From a virus (lineage: Duplodnaviria > Caudoviricetes), in the IMG/VR virus record IMGVR_UViG_3300025018_000016, positions 1 through 53,837 of that record: DNA of 53,837 bases. The stretch is one strand, 5' to 3'. Each line of letters starts with the position of its first letter. Position 1 is the first letter of the stretch. Position numbers and translations under genes: made by a program. The notes below the pieces were generated by a model that was given only the letters and a program-made list of their open reading frames with translations, did no database searches and had not been told where the DNA came from. Positions 1 through 10,779 of this stretch are shown here, piece after piece.

Positions 1-35
1 TCTGTGTTAGTAGCAATATCTTCTGTGTTAGTAGC
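1..35. repeat. Terminal direct repeat (35 nt), identical to 53803-53837; circular or permuted assembly
   Basis: tctgtgttagtagcaatatcttctgtgttagtagc occurs at both ends. The overlap lies inside a 21-nt tandem repeat. Confidence 0.85.
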
Positions 36-557
36 TACTCTGTCTTTGATAGCACCTGCTTCATTACTTAAATATACGTCTGTAACAGAACCTTCAGGGA
101 ATGTACCTACAGAAATGTTTACAAGTGCATTATCTATATACCCTTTTGTTGCCAAATGGTTTGAAGCTGTGGGTGTGACTGATACAATACTACTTAAATA
201 ATTTTTGATACCGGCAATTGTTTGATTACCTGTGAGTTTTACGTTTGTAGAAGTATCAATTGATTTCAGTTCTTCTAATATGCCCTGAATTGTATTGGCA
301 GTTCCTCCACTTAAAGGAGTAGCTCCTATTTTATCCGCTCCGCTTGATCCGTCAACAATAGATTCTAATTCTGATATTAAATAAAATAATTTGTCCGTAT
401 CATCTGGAGTTCCGTCTACTGCAAGAACAATACCTAATAACGCAAGCGATTCATTTACTGCTTTCATTAATGCGTCAATATCTGCTTTTATTTCATTAGG
501 ACCACCGGTTGATGTTGATGGTTGTCCTGGTGTACCTGTAAAAGTTCTTCCAATCAT
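1..557 (-). CDS. Tail fibre/spike protein, N-terminal part (continues across the window end into 53837..52905)
   Basis: Read by hand: ATG at 557 after AGAAAGGA. Open frame MIGRTFTGTPGQP...VKLTGNQTIAGIKNY...HLATKGYID...VATNTEDIATNT runs to base 1. It lies directly downstream of the nozzle gene. Not in the ORF track. Confidence 0.75.
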   Translation of the reverse strand, partial: MIGRTFTGTPGQPSTSTGGPNEIKADIDALMKAVNESLALLGIVLAVDGTPDDTDKLFYLISELESIVDGSSGADKIGATPLSGGTANTIQGILEELKSIDTSTNVKLTGNQTIAGIKNYLSSIVSVTPTASNHLATKGYIDNALVNISVGTFPEGSVTDVYLSNEAGAIKDRVATNTEDIATNT

Positions 558-572
558 AATTCCACATCCTTT

Positions 573-2603
573 CTAAATTGGCGTTCCTAAGAACGAATTC
601 GTATGTTTTCTTAATGCCTGATAAGTAAAAGTTACTCCGTAAAATTCTATAGGTGAACCACCTGTTGTTGATGTAATTCTATATTTTATCCAAACACCTT
701 TTCTTCTTAAATAAGCAAAATAAAAAAACAATGGTTCAAATCCCCATAAACTACCCCAGTTTTTACCCCATATAAGACTTGGTGCAGTATCTACGTCTTT
801 AAATGATTGTGATCCACTGCCTATTTTTACATCAATATCAACAAGTGAAGTTTCATCATCGTCCGTCTGAACAAAATGAACGAACGCTTTGTCAAAAAAC
901 TTAGGATTTTCAATTAAATCAAATGTTAATTCTGCTGATTCAATATCCATGACAATGTCTTTTGTCTCTCCTGTATCAACATCAATATCTAAAAATGTGT
1001 CTGATTCAGTAGAAAGACTATAGTTTCTTGACGCAATCTCTATGTTTCCATCTGAGTTAAGTAAAAAATCATTTATTAGCCATCCGGTATACTTTGTAAA
1101 TGAACCAAAGTCAGTAAAGTAACACAACACTTTATTGTTTTCAATAATATCAACATCGTCATTGTAAGCTAAATAGTACACATCGTCTTTAAACTCTGCT
1201 ACACATTTAGTTTTATCCGTTATGCTAGAGATAGTATTATCTACTTTACCGCTAGTAACATTGACTAAAGCATCCGTGTTTTGCGTCGGCACACCTTCTT
1301 GGTTAAGAATATTGGCTGATACTATTTGTATACCGTCTTTTGCTAAATATATAAAGTTGTAAGATGACAATATTTTAATGGTCCATTCACTTTCACATCC
1401 ATAAGGAATTGGTAATTGCTTCCACGTACCGTCTGTTTCAGGATCTAACCCTGAATACTCCCACCATGTACGATTACACGATACAATAACTGAGTTTGCA
1501 ATATTAAACATTGCTGTTATGGCTCCATCACTTGCAGTAGGTACAAGAATATTTGAATCTTTCCAATAAGTTATTTGACCAGGCTCACTAAAATAAATTG
1601 ATGTAGGGCTATCCGGATTACCTGATGCAACATATCGCAATGATTTACTATGTAATATAATCCTATTGCATTTTCTAACTTCGGCAATAATATTATCATC
1701 GTCTACACCATTTATTAATATGTCTGCAAATCCACCAATACCGGTTGCATACGGTTGAAATATTGGGTTTTCTCTGAATCCTGCGCTTGCAGCTGTAAAC
1801 GTCACTACGTTTTGATTCACTGTTGTTGTGTAGTTTACGTAAGTACCTGCATTAACTTTTGTAGCGACTTGAGAAATTGTATCTCCTGTTGTCACCGATA
1901 TGCTAGTCATGTTTCCGTCTACAGTTATTTCAAGCGTTCCTGATAGCGTACAGGGGTTTGTTATTGTCAGGGTGAATGTTTCTACCTTTGACGGATTAAA
2001 AGCCTTTATAGAGCGAGATACGTTGCTTATTACGTGCTTTATATCCGTCACATTATCCCAGTTAGCAGTAATTGTATAATCTGTAGTTGATAGATTAATA
2101 CTTCCGAGTGCACTTTTGGCTTTATAGAAATTACCTCGAAGCAAAACAACACTATGATCCATTGCTATTTGAACAATATCTCCCGAAGCAATCGTAACGG
2201 TCCCTATATTACTAAAGTAATCTTTTTGGCCATACTCGTAAATGTCTGTATTGTCCGAAATATATAACACGTCTTGGTTTTGAATAAAGTGAGGACGGTC
2301 TATATCTACATCTATTATATGTGTTGCTCCTTCGTCAAAGTAAACTCCTTTGTCTAGAACTATTACCTTTCTACTGATTAGCCTTAAAAAGTACTCAATC
2401 CGTCTAGTAATATTGCCATCGAGAGAATCTTCGTTGATCTTCTCTGTTCCTTGTCTAAGGGGCAATCCACTGACGGTTTTTTGAATGTTACAGTTTTCAA
2501 TTTTTCGTAACTCATTAGGTTTTATGTTGTAAGGAGCTACAGTGTCATTGTAACCACCTGAGTAATTTTTATAAGTAATACTACTTTCTCTTGTTTTTGC
2601 CAT
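573..2603 (-). CDS. Podovirus tail nozzle / DNA-stabilisation protein (P22 gp10/T7 gp12-like)
   Basis: 676 aa, beta-rich, N-terminal YSGGYN..PNE...ENC motif and IYFSEPG motif. Position after the adaptor fits. Confidence 0.65.
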   Translation of the reverse strand: MAKTRESSITYKNYSGGYNDTVAPYNIKPNELRKIENCNIQKTVSGLPLRQGTEKINEDSLDGNITRRIEYFLRLISRKVIVLDKGVYFDEGATHIIDVDIDRPHFIQNQDVLYISDNTDIYEYGQKDYFSNIGTVTIASGDIVQIAMDHSVVLLRGNFYKAKSALGSINLSTTDYTITANWDNVTDIKHVISNVSRSIKAFNPSKVETFTLTITNPCTLSGTLEITVDGNMTSISVTTGDTISQVATKVNAGTYVNYTTTVNQNVVTFTAASAGFRENPIFQPYATGIGGFADILINGVDDDNIIAEVRKCNRIILHSKSLRYVASGNPDSPTSIYFSEPGQITYWKDSNILVPTASDGAITAMFNIANSVIVSCNRTWWEYSGLDPETDGTWKQLPIPYGCESEWTIKILSSYNFIYLAKDGIQIVSANILNQEGVPTQNTDALVNVTSGKVDNTISSITDKTKCVAEFKDDVYYLAYNDDVDIIENNKVLCYFTDFGSFTKYTGWLINDFLLNSDGNIEIASRNYSLSTESDTFLDIDVDTGETKDIVMDIESAELTFDLIENPKFFDKAFVHFVQTDDDETSLVDIDVKIGSGSQSFKDVDTAPSLIWGKNWGSLWGFEPLFFYFAYLRRKGVWIKYRITSTTGGSPIEFYGVTFTYQALRKHTNSFLGTPI

Positions 2604-2606
2604 AGC

Positions 2607-3179
2607 CTACCCCCATTGTGGAGCTTTTACGCTTCTTCTTCGTTTCCGTCTGTTGAGCCTACCAAATACTTCGTCTATATACTTTTCAAACTGAGCAAGC
2701 AAATATTGCTTTTCTCCTTCTTCGTCTCCAAACACTTCAGCTTTAATTCTAGCTGCTACATAATAACTAATGCCGGCATGATAAAGTTTATTTATACTTG
2801 GAGTCTGAGATATATTAACAACTTCATCTGGTATAGCTACGTATTCAATCGTGTAAATTCCTTGGTTGTCATACCTGATCTGTTCATTCTCTATTAGATA
2901 TTCATTGGGGGCTTTGTCAGCGTATTGCAAAGTAGAGTTTTCGTAATCTGTATACGTTCTTCTTTCTGCCAAAAAGTCACTTGGAAGGTCTAGCCATGTA
3001 CTAACATTAGATGCGTCAATGACATATGTTACTGTTTTCTTTTTTCCTACTTCGTTATACTTAATAGAGATTATTTCAACTGCTCTATTAATATATCCAA
3101 CTACTGTTGGGTCATCCGTATTGTATCCTGATATGCCTGCGTGGAGTAAAGCATCATCCATAATTTGTTTATTAGTCAC
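2607..3179 (-). CDS. Head-tail adaptor protein
   Basis: 190 aa with LPSDFL and H..I.YYVAA motifs typical of podovirus adaptors. Lies between capsid and nozzle. Confidence 0.65.
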   Translation of the reverse strand: MTNKQIMDDALLHAGISGYNTDDPTVVGYINRAVEIISIKYNEVGKKKTVTYVIDASNVSTWLDLPSDFLAERRTYTDYENSTLQYADKAPNEYLIENEQIRYDNQGIYTIEYVAIPDEVVNISQTPSINKLYHAGISYYVAARIKAEVFGDEEGEKQYLLAQFEKYIDEVFGRLNRRKRRRSVKAPQWG

Positions 3180-3194
3180 TTTAATTCACCACCT

Positions 3195-3584
3195 TTATAT
3201 AAAATGTTTTAGTCCTTTATCTGCACCTTTAAGTTCTTTTTTCATTGCCTGTGCAATTTCGTAAGCAGATTTCTTTTCATCAGCTTCTTTTTTCATCTGT
3301 TCATTTCTCACTTCGTCTACCTTTGCTCTAATACCGTATGACGTGCGATTATCTGCTCTTTTAACACGTTCTATTAGTCTTGCATCTAATACACTAGCAA
3401 ATGTTGCAATCATGACTATAGGGTAATTTTGAACGTCATACACTTGGTATTCATTTTGTTTTGGGTTATAAGTAAGTATCAGGTCCTTATCATATGCATT
3501 AATTCTTTTCCCGATGTCCTGAGTATCGGAATATATTACTTTAAGTCCTTTTTTTTCTAGTAATTCACATGCTCTTCTATCCAT
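3195..3584 (-). CDS. Hypothetical virion-region protein (probable start ATG 3584, MDRRACELL)
   Basis: RBS GAAAGGA upstream of 3584. The longer track start overlaps the capsid gene. Confidence 0.6.
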   Translation of the reverse strand: MDRRACELLEKKGLKVIYSDTQDIGKRINAYDKDLILTYNPKQNEYQVYDVQNYPIVMIATFASVLDARLIERVKRADNRTSYGIRAKVDEVRNEQMKKEADEKKSAYEIAQAMKKELKGADKGLKHFI

Positions 3585-3660
3585 TATATCTATCCTTTCA
3601 TTAAAAAAAGGGAAGTGGCACATGACCACCACCCTTATGAGTAAGTTCCTACAATATATC

Positions 3661-4845
3661 CTAAAGAGGAGTAAATGAAGTTTTTTGAATATCTGTGTAT
3701 CTGTATTGCGCTTTAGGATATTTAATACAAAGTTCTGCATACATTGCTAAAGTAGCTTCATATGCTGCTTTGTCTGGAACTCTTGATAGTATAGTGCCAT
3801 CTGCATCCATCCAAGCGAAGTTTTCGCCGATATGCATTAATTGGAAATACTTAGTGGTCAAAAAGTCCATTGTAGTATCTTGTTGGTACTTATCTTGCTC
3901 TACTGGAACTCCATTGTAATGAAGTGCTGTATGTCCTGCGTCATACTTAGTAACGGTTTCTGTATAACGTTGGAAAGTTGACAAGAAGTCTACAAGGTTT
4001 CTGTACGCTGAATACCCTGCTATGATAATGTCAGGTTTTTCGCCTGTTTCTTTATCAATTTGTTGGAATGGGTACATCATGTAGTTATCATCCAAGTCAG
4101 CTGATCCACCAAGCGTTGCTCCGTTGGCATTAAACCATGAATTTGTTGAACGGTCAATGTTATAAAGAGTATTACCTGGTGTCATTATCTTAGCAAGACC
4201 GGTAATCTCATTGTTGTAACATCCTGCTTGGTAAATAAGGTCAGTTGTAAGTACTGTTACTGCTGATGCTAAGGTTACAACGTTAGTAACTTTATTTACA
4301 TCTACAACTTGTACAGATGCATATTTATCCGCATAAGCAAGGTCTTTTATGTTAATAACAATACCTGGGTTGAGGAATGTTGCATCTCCTACAGTGATAG
4401 TTGTTAATGGGCCTGTTGCAGCTGCTATTGTAGTAATAAGACCACTACCATCACCAAAAATTTGACGGTTTAAGTCGTCCTTACAGTCCAACATTAACTC
4501 TTCCATTTGTTGCGTTAACTCGTCTAAAAAGCTTGCTGCACCTGAAGATGCTTTCATCAAACGATCAGATATCTGCATTCTTCCGTAAAAATTCTTAGGA
4601 GCTGCAATGATTTGTTTTCTACCTCTTGAAATTGCTGCGGGCAATGATGCGTCTTCCGCAACAGAACCTTTACCACCTGAACGGCCAAAACGTGCTAACC
4701 ACACAAAATCGACTCCTGATGTAGTTTGTTGTTTCTTTTCGATCAATTTGTAAAAATAAGACATGTTATCGTTGATTTGAGTTTGGAAACCTGGTAAATA
4801 ATCATGTTGTAATACTTCATTTGCTAATGCTACTGATATAGCCAT
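3661..4845 (-). CDS. Major capsid protein
   Basis: 394 aa downstream of scaffold and portal, with ISDRLM..S, DLNRQIFGDGSG and EITGL motifs seen in HK97-fold capsids. Confidence 0.85.
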   Translation of the reverse strand: MAISVALANEVLQHDYLPGFQTQINDNMSYFYKLIEKKQQTTSGVDFVWLARFGRSGGKGSVAEDASLPAAISRGRKQIIAAPKNFYGRMQISDRLMKASSGAASFLDELTQQMEELMLDCKDDLNRQIFGDGSGLITTIAAATGPLTTITVGDATFLNPGIVINIKDLAYADKYASVQVVDVNKVTNVVTLASAVTVLTTDLIYQAGCYNNEITGLAKIMTPGNTLYNIDRSTNSWFNANGATLGGSADLDDNYMMYPFQQIDKETGEKPDIIIAGYSAYRNLVDFLSTFQRYTETVTKYDAGHTALHYNGVPVEQDKYQQDTTMDFLTTKYFQLMHIGENFAWMDADGTILSRVPDKAAYEATLAMYAELCIKYPKAQYRYTDIQKTSFTPL

Positions 4846-4878
4846 ATATTACACTTCCTTTCGTGTATGTCGGATTTT

Positions 4879-5673
4879 TTATTGCATTTGATTTTGTTGA
4901 TGTGCTGCTATTCGCGCTTCGGCTGATTTTCTTGCGTCTTGCATTGTATGCGGTTGATTTGCTTGAGTAGGAGCAATACCCGGTGTTGCTGTTCCATTTC
5001 CCATGATTGGAGGAACTCCTTGCGCCCCGCCATTAAGGCTTGCAATGTATTCATTAATGATAGCTTGTTTAATATCAGGATTGCTTAAAATCTGATTTTT
5101 TAAAGCTTCATTTCCTGTTATACCTGCCATGACATCCCCATTTGGTGCTAATGCTTCTGATACGGCTTGACTATGTGCCAGTTTCAGTGCTTGGTCCGGT
5201 GATTTTTTTGCAACTTCCGCTAATATAGGGTTTGTTTTAAGTATATTACTCATCGCATCACTGTATGCTGCCGCCGATGGGTTGCTCCCTATAAAACGTC
5301 TTGTTGCATCTGACCATTGGATCGCTTGCATTTGTGTTTGCATTTGGTCCATAACAGGTTTGAAAGAGCTTTCGGCCTTTTGAACTGCTCTTGTCTCTGC
5401 TGCTTGTTGAATCCTATTTAACACAGCGTCAGGGTTGGAATTAAATTCTTCAAGCAATCTTTCTCTGTCTGCTTGAACCTGTTCGGCTGATTTAGGAGCA
5501 GGTGTATTAAGTCTTTGGTTCATACCATTAACTTCTTGTCTTAGGCCTGATAGTATATTCAATACTTGGTTATCAGGTTGAGCTTGTTGCGGTGCTTGTA
5601 CTTGTTGCGGAGGAATATCCCCCTCTGCAAAAAGTTGTAAATTCATTCTAAGCTTGTTTTGGTTCATCTTCAT
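4879..5673 (-). CDS. Capsid scaffolding protein with Prp-type N-terminal cleavage motif
   Basis: Q/A/P-rich helical protein between portal and capsid. N-terminus is LRMNLQLFAEG. Confidence 0.75.
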   Translation of the reverse strand: MKMNQNKLRMNLQLFAEGDIPPQQVQAPQQAQPDNQVLNILSGLRQEVNGMNQRLNTPAPKSAEQVQADRERLLEEFNSNPDAVLNRIQQAAETRAVQKAESSFKPVMDQMQTQMQAIQWSDATRRFIGSNPSAAAYSDAMSNILKTNPILAEVAKKSPDQALKLAHSQAVSEALAPNGDVMAGITGNEALKNQILSNPDIKQAIINEYIASLNGGAQGVPPIMGNGTATPGIAPTQANQPHTMQDARKSAEARIAAHQQNQMQ

Positions 5674-7753
5674 TACTCCTTCCTTGTGCTTGCATTTGTG
5701 ACATTGCTCTTTGCTCTAATATTTGTCTATGAGATAAGAGATGTATATTAAAAGCCCTTTTGATCTCATCGTCTAAACTGCGATATTCGGATGATAACAT
5801 GAATTCTAAGTGATACTTATACGCTATCTCGTGTAGTTCCCACTCATCAATCGTTACTTTATCATATGCTTTCATCGCAATAAACGCGTTCTCTTCTTTA
5901 GACCGTTTCTTTTGTCGGTCCTCAGGAGCTTGATCTACGTCTGTTTCTCCGGCTTCTGTTAAGGTGATAATACGCTCTGTATCTACGTTTCCGTCCGGTC
6001 CCTTAAACGCTCCCATTTGGATTAGGTCCATTATAAACCCACGTTTCTGTGCAAGTGTTTCTGATAGTGCGCTGACATTCTTTATGTAAATACTTTCCGG
6101 AGATAAGTCATCACCCTTCCATCGTATCACCTTTTGAGCATTTCCGATACCTTCAATTGATATCATTCGCTCAAAAGATGCAAATTGTTTAAATCCGTAA
6201 AGGACTTTCTTTGCTACTCTTAATTGGCACTGTGCAACTGATTTAGCTGTTAATGACATCCTTGTTTCGTCCTGTTCTTGTAGCACTAGAAGTCCACGTC
6301 CTGACGTTACTCCATTTGCTGCGGTACTGTCTTTTGATAATTCCGATACTCCTGTTACCCTTGATAAGTCTGATAAGGAGGATTGTGCTTCGTTTTCAAA
6401 CGTGTTTGGTAGTTGAGCACTATTGACTTGCTTTGGCATATTATTGCTGTCTGTGAATGTTAGTATTTTACCGGGTCCTATTCCGTACTCTTCAAAATCT
6501 TCTAACTGGTCCGAGTTTGCTGGTATGGCCCACACGCCAATCGCTGTCCGATTCATAAACTCAGCTATCCTGTTTTTTATTGCATTATATCGTCTCTGGA
6601 TAGGTATTGCTCTATCTAGTCTGCATGTCCCCCAAAAATAGCCGGCTCTTGGAATATCTTTTTGTATGTCAAAGGGTATTCTGCGCTCTCCATATTCAGA
6701 ATTAATGAAAGGCAAAGGTCCTTCATACAAGGGCTGTATGTGATTGTCGCAAGCTATGACTAATCTTCCGTCAGGGTAAAACTGACTAGGATTAGCGTAA
6801 TACTCATACAGCATAACAACATCATCTTTTCTTTTTCTGTCTGTACTGAATCCTGCTGAATTTGAATAAGGGTTCGTGGCTTGCGCTGTCTGAAAGTCTT
6901 TGTCAAAACTGAAAACATTAAGTGATCGTCCTGAGACATCTACACCGTATACATCATACAAGTCATCTACGCTAATTGGCCTAGCATGTATTATATCACG
7001 ACAATCATCCATGCGATAATTATATGAGCTATCCGGTAATATTTCGAAGGGCGGGCAAACCACATTAGCAATTGCACCTTCTCTAATTATTTCGTCAAAT
7101 TCATTTCCAAATTTATCGGTCTTTTTGACAACAGCAATCTTTTTGCCTTTAGTCTTGTCCCAAATAGTTTTCCAGATAACAGTACCTGTCAAGGCTGACC
7201 ACGAATTCGCTTCCATCTGCCTTGCTTCATACTCTTCTGACTCCCTCCAATATCGTAAAACTTCTAAACTCACCTCTGACGAGTTAATATCTTTTGAATC
7301 GTCACTCTGCGGCTTAGACAAGAAAGTGGGGTCTATACGTCCGTATTTTGCCATTGTAGTCTCGTAAATTGGAGCTATCTGATTATATACATCTCTCTGT
7401 TGCCAATCGTACTTACTAGGCATTGTAAAGAGGGTATTGATGTAGTTATTGATGTACATGTACTGTTGACCTTCGACAAAAGCCAAATTGAGCATCCATT
7501 GAAGCTCAAAGTATAACCTTTCGGTTCTTCGTCTATCTGCTTCGTTCTTGATCCACCCAACTAGTTCTTGTGGTGACACAGGTACTCTCTTAGATGGCCT
7601 TGCTTTCATGATGTCTTTTGCTTTATCTGCATATTCATTTCGTAGCCTGATGTCTGCTTCGAACGCGTCTGGGACCGCCACCATCCGATACAAATCGTTG
7701 GCCATAGAATCCATCATGGGGTTATAGTTATTACCATACTGTTTTGGGTCCAT
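5648..7753 (-). CDS. Portal protein (P22-like)
   Basis: 701 aa with N.IAP, P.F..KP, V.PPFE..PD and GVTSGRGL..LQEQD motifs. Lies downstream of terL. Confidence 0.85.
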   Translation of the reverse strand: MDPKQYGNNYNPMMDSMANDLYRMVAVPDAFEADIRLRNEYADKAKDIMKARPSKRVPVSPQELVGWIKNEADRRRTERLYFELQWMLNLAFVEGQQYMYINNYINTLFTMPSKYDWQQRDVYNQIAPIYETTMAKYGRIDPTFLSKPQSDDSKDINSSEVSLEVLRYWRESEEYEARQMEANSWSALTGTVIWKTIWDKTKGKKIAVVKKTDKFGNEFDEIIREGAIANVVCPPFEILPDSSYNYRMDDCRDIIHARPISVDDLYDVYGVDVSGRSLNVFSFDKDFQTAQATNPYSNSAGFSTDRKRKDDVVMLYEYYANPSQFYPDGRLVIACDNHIQPLYEGPLPFINSEYGERRIPFDIQKDIPRAGYFWGTCRLDRAIPIQRRYNAIKNRIAEFMNRTAIGVWAIPANSDQLEDFEEYGIGPGKILTFTDSNNMPKQVNSAQLPNTFENEAQSSLSDLSRVTGVSELSKDSTAANGVTSGRGLLVLQEQDETRMSLTAKSVAQCQLRVAKKVLYGFKQFASFERMISIEGIGNAQKVIRWKGDDLSPESIYIKNVSALSETLAQKRGFIMDLIQMGAFKGPDGNVDTERIITLTEAGETDVDQAPEDRQKKRSKEENAFIAMKAYDKVTIDEWELHEIAYKYHLEFMLSSEYRSLDDEIKRAFNIHLLSHRQILEQRAMSQMQAQGRSNEDEPKQA

Positions 7754-7761
7754 TTTATCAC

Positions 7762-8073
7762 CTACAATTCATTAGGATATGGGTTTCGTCCGTTCGGCAG
7801 CATTGCTCCGGTACGTATTAATTGCTCTTCAAGCGTTTCAACTTGCGGTCTAATTGGTTTGTCTGTTATATTAGATAGCGACTTATACTCTTGCGTATTT
7901 TTTGCTAAAAGTCTATTTAATAAATCTTTGTTTTCGGCTTTTAATTCTGTCTTTTCTTCCCGGTTGCTTTTCTGTATCTTACTAATTTGAGATACTACAA
8001 TCAATAAAACAATTACTAACACAATTATAATAAACAAAAGCGCACATATCAAGCTTGTTGCTAGATTAATCAT
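7762..8073 (-). CDS. Membrane-anchored coiled-coil protein
   Basis: N-terminal hydrophobic helix followed by a charged coiled coil. Confidence 0.6.
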   Translation of the reverse strand: MINLATSLICALLFIIIVLVIVLLIVVSQISKIQKSNREEKTELKAENKDLLNRLLAKNTQEYKSLSNITDKPIRPQVETLEEQLIRTGAMLPNGRNPYPNEL

Positions 8074-8078
8074 ATTTA

Positions 8079-8687
8079 TTATTCTCCTTCTTCTTCAGTA
8101 TATGTTGTTTCTTCTTTGCCCTCTGCCTTTTCTGCCTCGGCAAGCAACGTATCTAAATCGAAATCCGTGTCTATTCCTAACGCAACAAGATCTATTGTAG
8201 CTGTTTCGTTGTCTATGTCTATTTCGGCTTGCTCTCTCATTTTTAACTTTTCGGGCTTTTGATACTCGAGATACATTTTTAATGATTCTTTAATGTTAGG
8301 TCTTTCATTCCAGGCAAGACCTTCTTCAGCTAAAAGTCCTTCTGTTACCTTCATACTCAGGTGTCTGTTTTGGTCATATTTGCTATCCAACACTGCATTG
8401 ATTACATACTCTAATTTATCAATCCGTTTATTTGCAGCCCTTATTGTTTCTACTGCATTGATCAACTCTTCCTCGGAGACTGATACGGCTTTCTTACCAT
8501 ACAGCTTCATTAACGATTCTAACAATTCCCTGGCGTGCGTCTCGCATAGCCCTATGTCGCTCGGGAATCTTCCTTGTTCTTTTTGAGAAAATACTACATC
8601 TGCTCTCGACTTACATTTGTAATTGTAATGGCACAATGTTTTTTGTTTTAACCTCTTAGCAAATAGCTGTGTTTTTCTTGTAATCAA
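8079..8687 (-). CDS. Hypothetical protein (Cys/His-containing N-terminus)
   Basis: 202-aa ORF overlapping the terL stop, with C..YKC and LCETH motifs. Confidence 0.55.
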   Translation of the reverse strand: MITRKTQLFAKRLKQKTLCHYNYKCKSRADVVFSQKEQGRFPSDIGLCETHARELLESLMKLYGKKAVSVSEEELINAVETIRAANKRIDKLEYVINAVLDSKYDQNRHLSMKVTEGLLAEEGLAWNERPNIKESLKMYLEYQKPEKLKMREQAEIDIDNETATIDLVALGIDTDFDLDTLLAEAEKAEGKEETTYTEEEGE

Positions 8688-10318
8688 TTAAGGATACCTC
8701 TCTTTCGTGATGTTTGTTTTATTAGTTTCTGTTTAAATTCGCTACCTCTTGATTCTTCCGCTTTTGGTGGAGATGAATTGCGTCTGTGATGTGTTATTAA
8801 TCCATATCCTGCACCATCATAACAGTTATCTATTGTACTGTCGTCCTCAACAACTTCATTGTTATTTTTATCTTTTACTAAAAGCGGCAATGTCCTGATC
8901 AACTCTGTGCAGCAGTCCATGATTTGCAATTTGGCAGTTTGTACTATTTTTTTATTGCCGTGCTCGTCTGTTATCTCTATACTATAAGGTTTTAAATAGT
9001 GATGCCATGTTGCAAGTCTCAATTTGCGATCTGTCAGTGGTTTTACAAAAGGATACTTTAATCCTCCGTCTACATAGTAATTAATTAAACACTTACCTGA
9101 TTGGTCCCTGTGATGAGTCGACCATGCATCCAAACCTATTGCTATGTATTGTATCTTATCATGCCTATCTACGTCACAACCCTCGTATTCATCGTATTCT
9201 TCCCACGTGCTGTCTGCCCATACTTTAGCTGCCTGATCAGAATATCCTAACACTGTTGTTGCATCGTTTTTTTTACGTGTAAACTCATAATAGATAAAGA
9301 CAATTCCATCCTCATTAATTGCAAATTTATACCAACAAAACGGATCGTTGTATCCGTTATCTGCGCCCATCCATCGTGGCCAATGCTCCGGCGGTGTAAA
9401 TGTCTCACACACATGTACTGATCTGCTAAACTCTGGTAGTGCTGTTCTTTTACCTGCGCTCATCGCCTGCTCCAATGTTTCTGGATACTCTTGCATCCAC
9501 GTGTCAGGCATTGTCTGTTTGGTCTGTTGATACCAATCATTATCTCGTTTAGGGTCTGCCCACACAGATATAAAAATAAGGTGAAATCCCATTGACACTC
9601 TATCCAATACAACCTCTTCGAAGTAACTGCCTCGTTGATTTGTACTGATGCCCAAAAATTTACCTCCACCTACACGGTTAATCGTAGGATATGCAGCTGC
9701 AAATACAAGTTTAGCTGCGTCATGATACGCCCACTCGTCAAATATTAGAAAATCACAGGTTAATGATCTCGCAGAACTTTTGGTTGATGGCCTTGCTGTT
9801 ATCTCTGCAAACTCTCTCATATCTTTAGTCTCGTCTATTGGATGCCACAATATAATATGCCTTGAAGTATATTCAAACAACCAAATATCTTTTACGTACA
9901 GATTATCCATGCTCTTGCGTTGGCAAAACCATTTAGGTAGATTATCTAAAATAAAATCTACTCTCAATATTGCATCCTTTGCGTACTCATCCGTTTGCGA
10001 TAATATAATTGTTTTAAATCCGGCTATCTCTAACATCCATTTTATAGCCCTTGTTAGTCCTAACCATGTTATCCCAATTTGCCTTGCTTTTGGGACGATA
10101 CAACGATCATGTGTGGTGATGTCTCTCCATGCTTGCTTTTGTTCTTCCCATAATTTAAATAGTACTTTATTTGTTGTTTCAGTATCTTCTTTATTTTCTA
10201 TCCAAACGTAGTTTTCGACAAAATAAAAGTCATCATCTCTTATTTTTCTACGCTCTAACTCTCTTCTGGCCAATTCTCTTTTTGCGTCTGCTTTTACCGG
10301 TTTTAACGCATAATCCAT
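8684..10318 (-). CDS. terL: Terminase large subunit
   Basis: Walker A PKARQIGIT, Walker B LIFDEWA, coupling motif GIST, nuclease motifs GADNGYNDP and DNCYDGAGY. Confidence 0.92.
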   Translation of the reverse strand: MDYALKPVKADAKRELARRELERRKIRDDDFYFVENYVWIENKEDTETTNKVLFKLWEEQKQAWRDITTHDRCIVPKARQIGITWLGLTRAIKWMLEIAGFKTIILSQTDEYAKDAILRVDFILDNLPKWFCQRKSMDNLYVKDIWLFEYTSRHIILWHPIDETKDMREFAEITARPSTKSSARSLTCDFLIFDEWAYHDAAKLVFAAAYPTINRVGGGKFLGISTNQRGSYFEEVVLDRVSMGFHLIFISVWADPKRDNDWYQQTKQTMPDTWMQEYPETLEQAMSAGKRTALPEFSRSVHVCETFTPPEHWPRWMGADNGYNDPFCWYKFAINEDGIVFIYYEFTRKKNDATTVLGYSDQAAKVWADSTWEEYDEYEGCDVDRHDKIQYIAIGLDAWSTHHRDQSGKCLINYYVDGGLKYPFVKPLTDRKLRLATWHHYLKPYSIEITDEHGNKKIVQTAKLQIMDCCTELIRTLPLLVKDKNNNEVVEDDSTIDNCYDGAGYGLITHHRRNSSPPKAEESRGSEFKQKLIKQTSRKRGILN

Positions 10319-10779
10319 TTAATCACCTACTTTTTGACTGCGTATAATGCGATTACAGCCATTTTTATTATACCTTGATACTTATATGTATAGCAAATAT
10401 GACGCTACTACAAGTCCTATTGCAATTAACAAATAAAACCGCTCTATTCCTTTCAGCCACAAAAAATACTTTATAATGTAAATTGCTACGATAATTACTA
10501 TTAAACAGCAGATTAATATCACTTGTTTTCACCTCTTTTCCTCTTTTTGTTTTATCCGTACGGTGGAGAACCCTCACTAAACCCTGTAAAATCAATAGTT
10601 CCCGAAAATAGTGTTTTTTTATAATAGCGTGATTTTAAGTGTTTTTAATCATTTTATCAGTTTTGCTTTGGGTTTTTTATGCTGCCCTGCTGATTATAGT
10701 TACTTTTATATACGTTAGACTTTCATTTTTGCCGTATTTTTATCGTTTTTAAAGTAAAACCCCGTGTTTTTTGACACTT

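Noticed and set aside
10368-10595. 75-aa ORF, or an intron, between terS and terL
   Set aside because: No convincing RBS or protein motif. terS and terL both look complete, and I saw no group I/II intron hallmarks.
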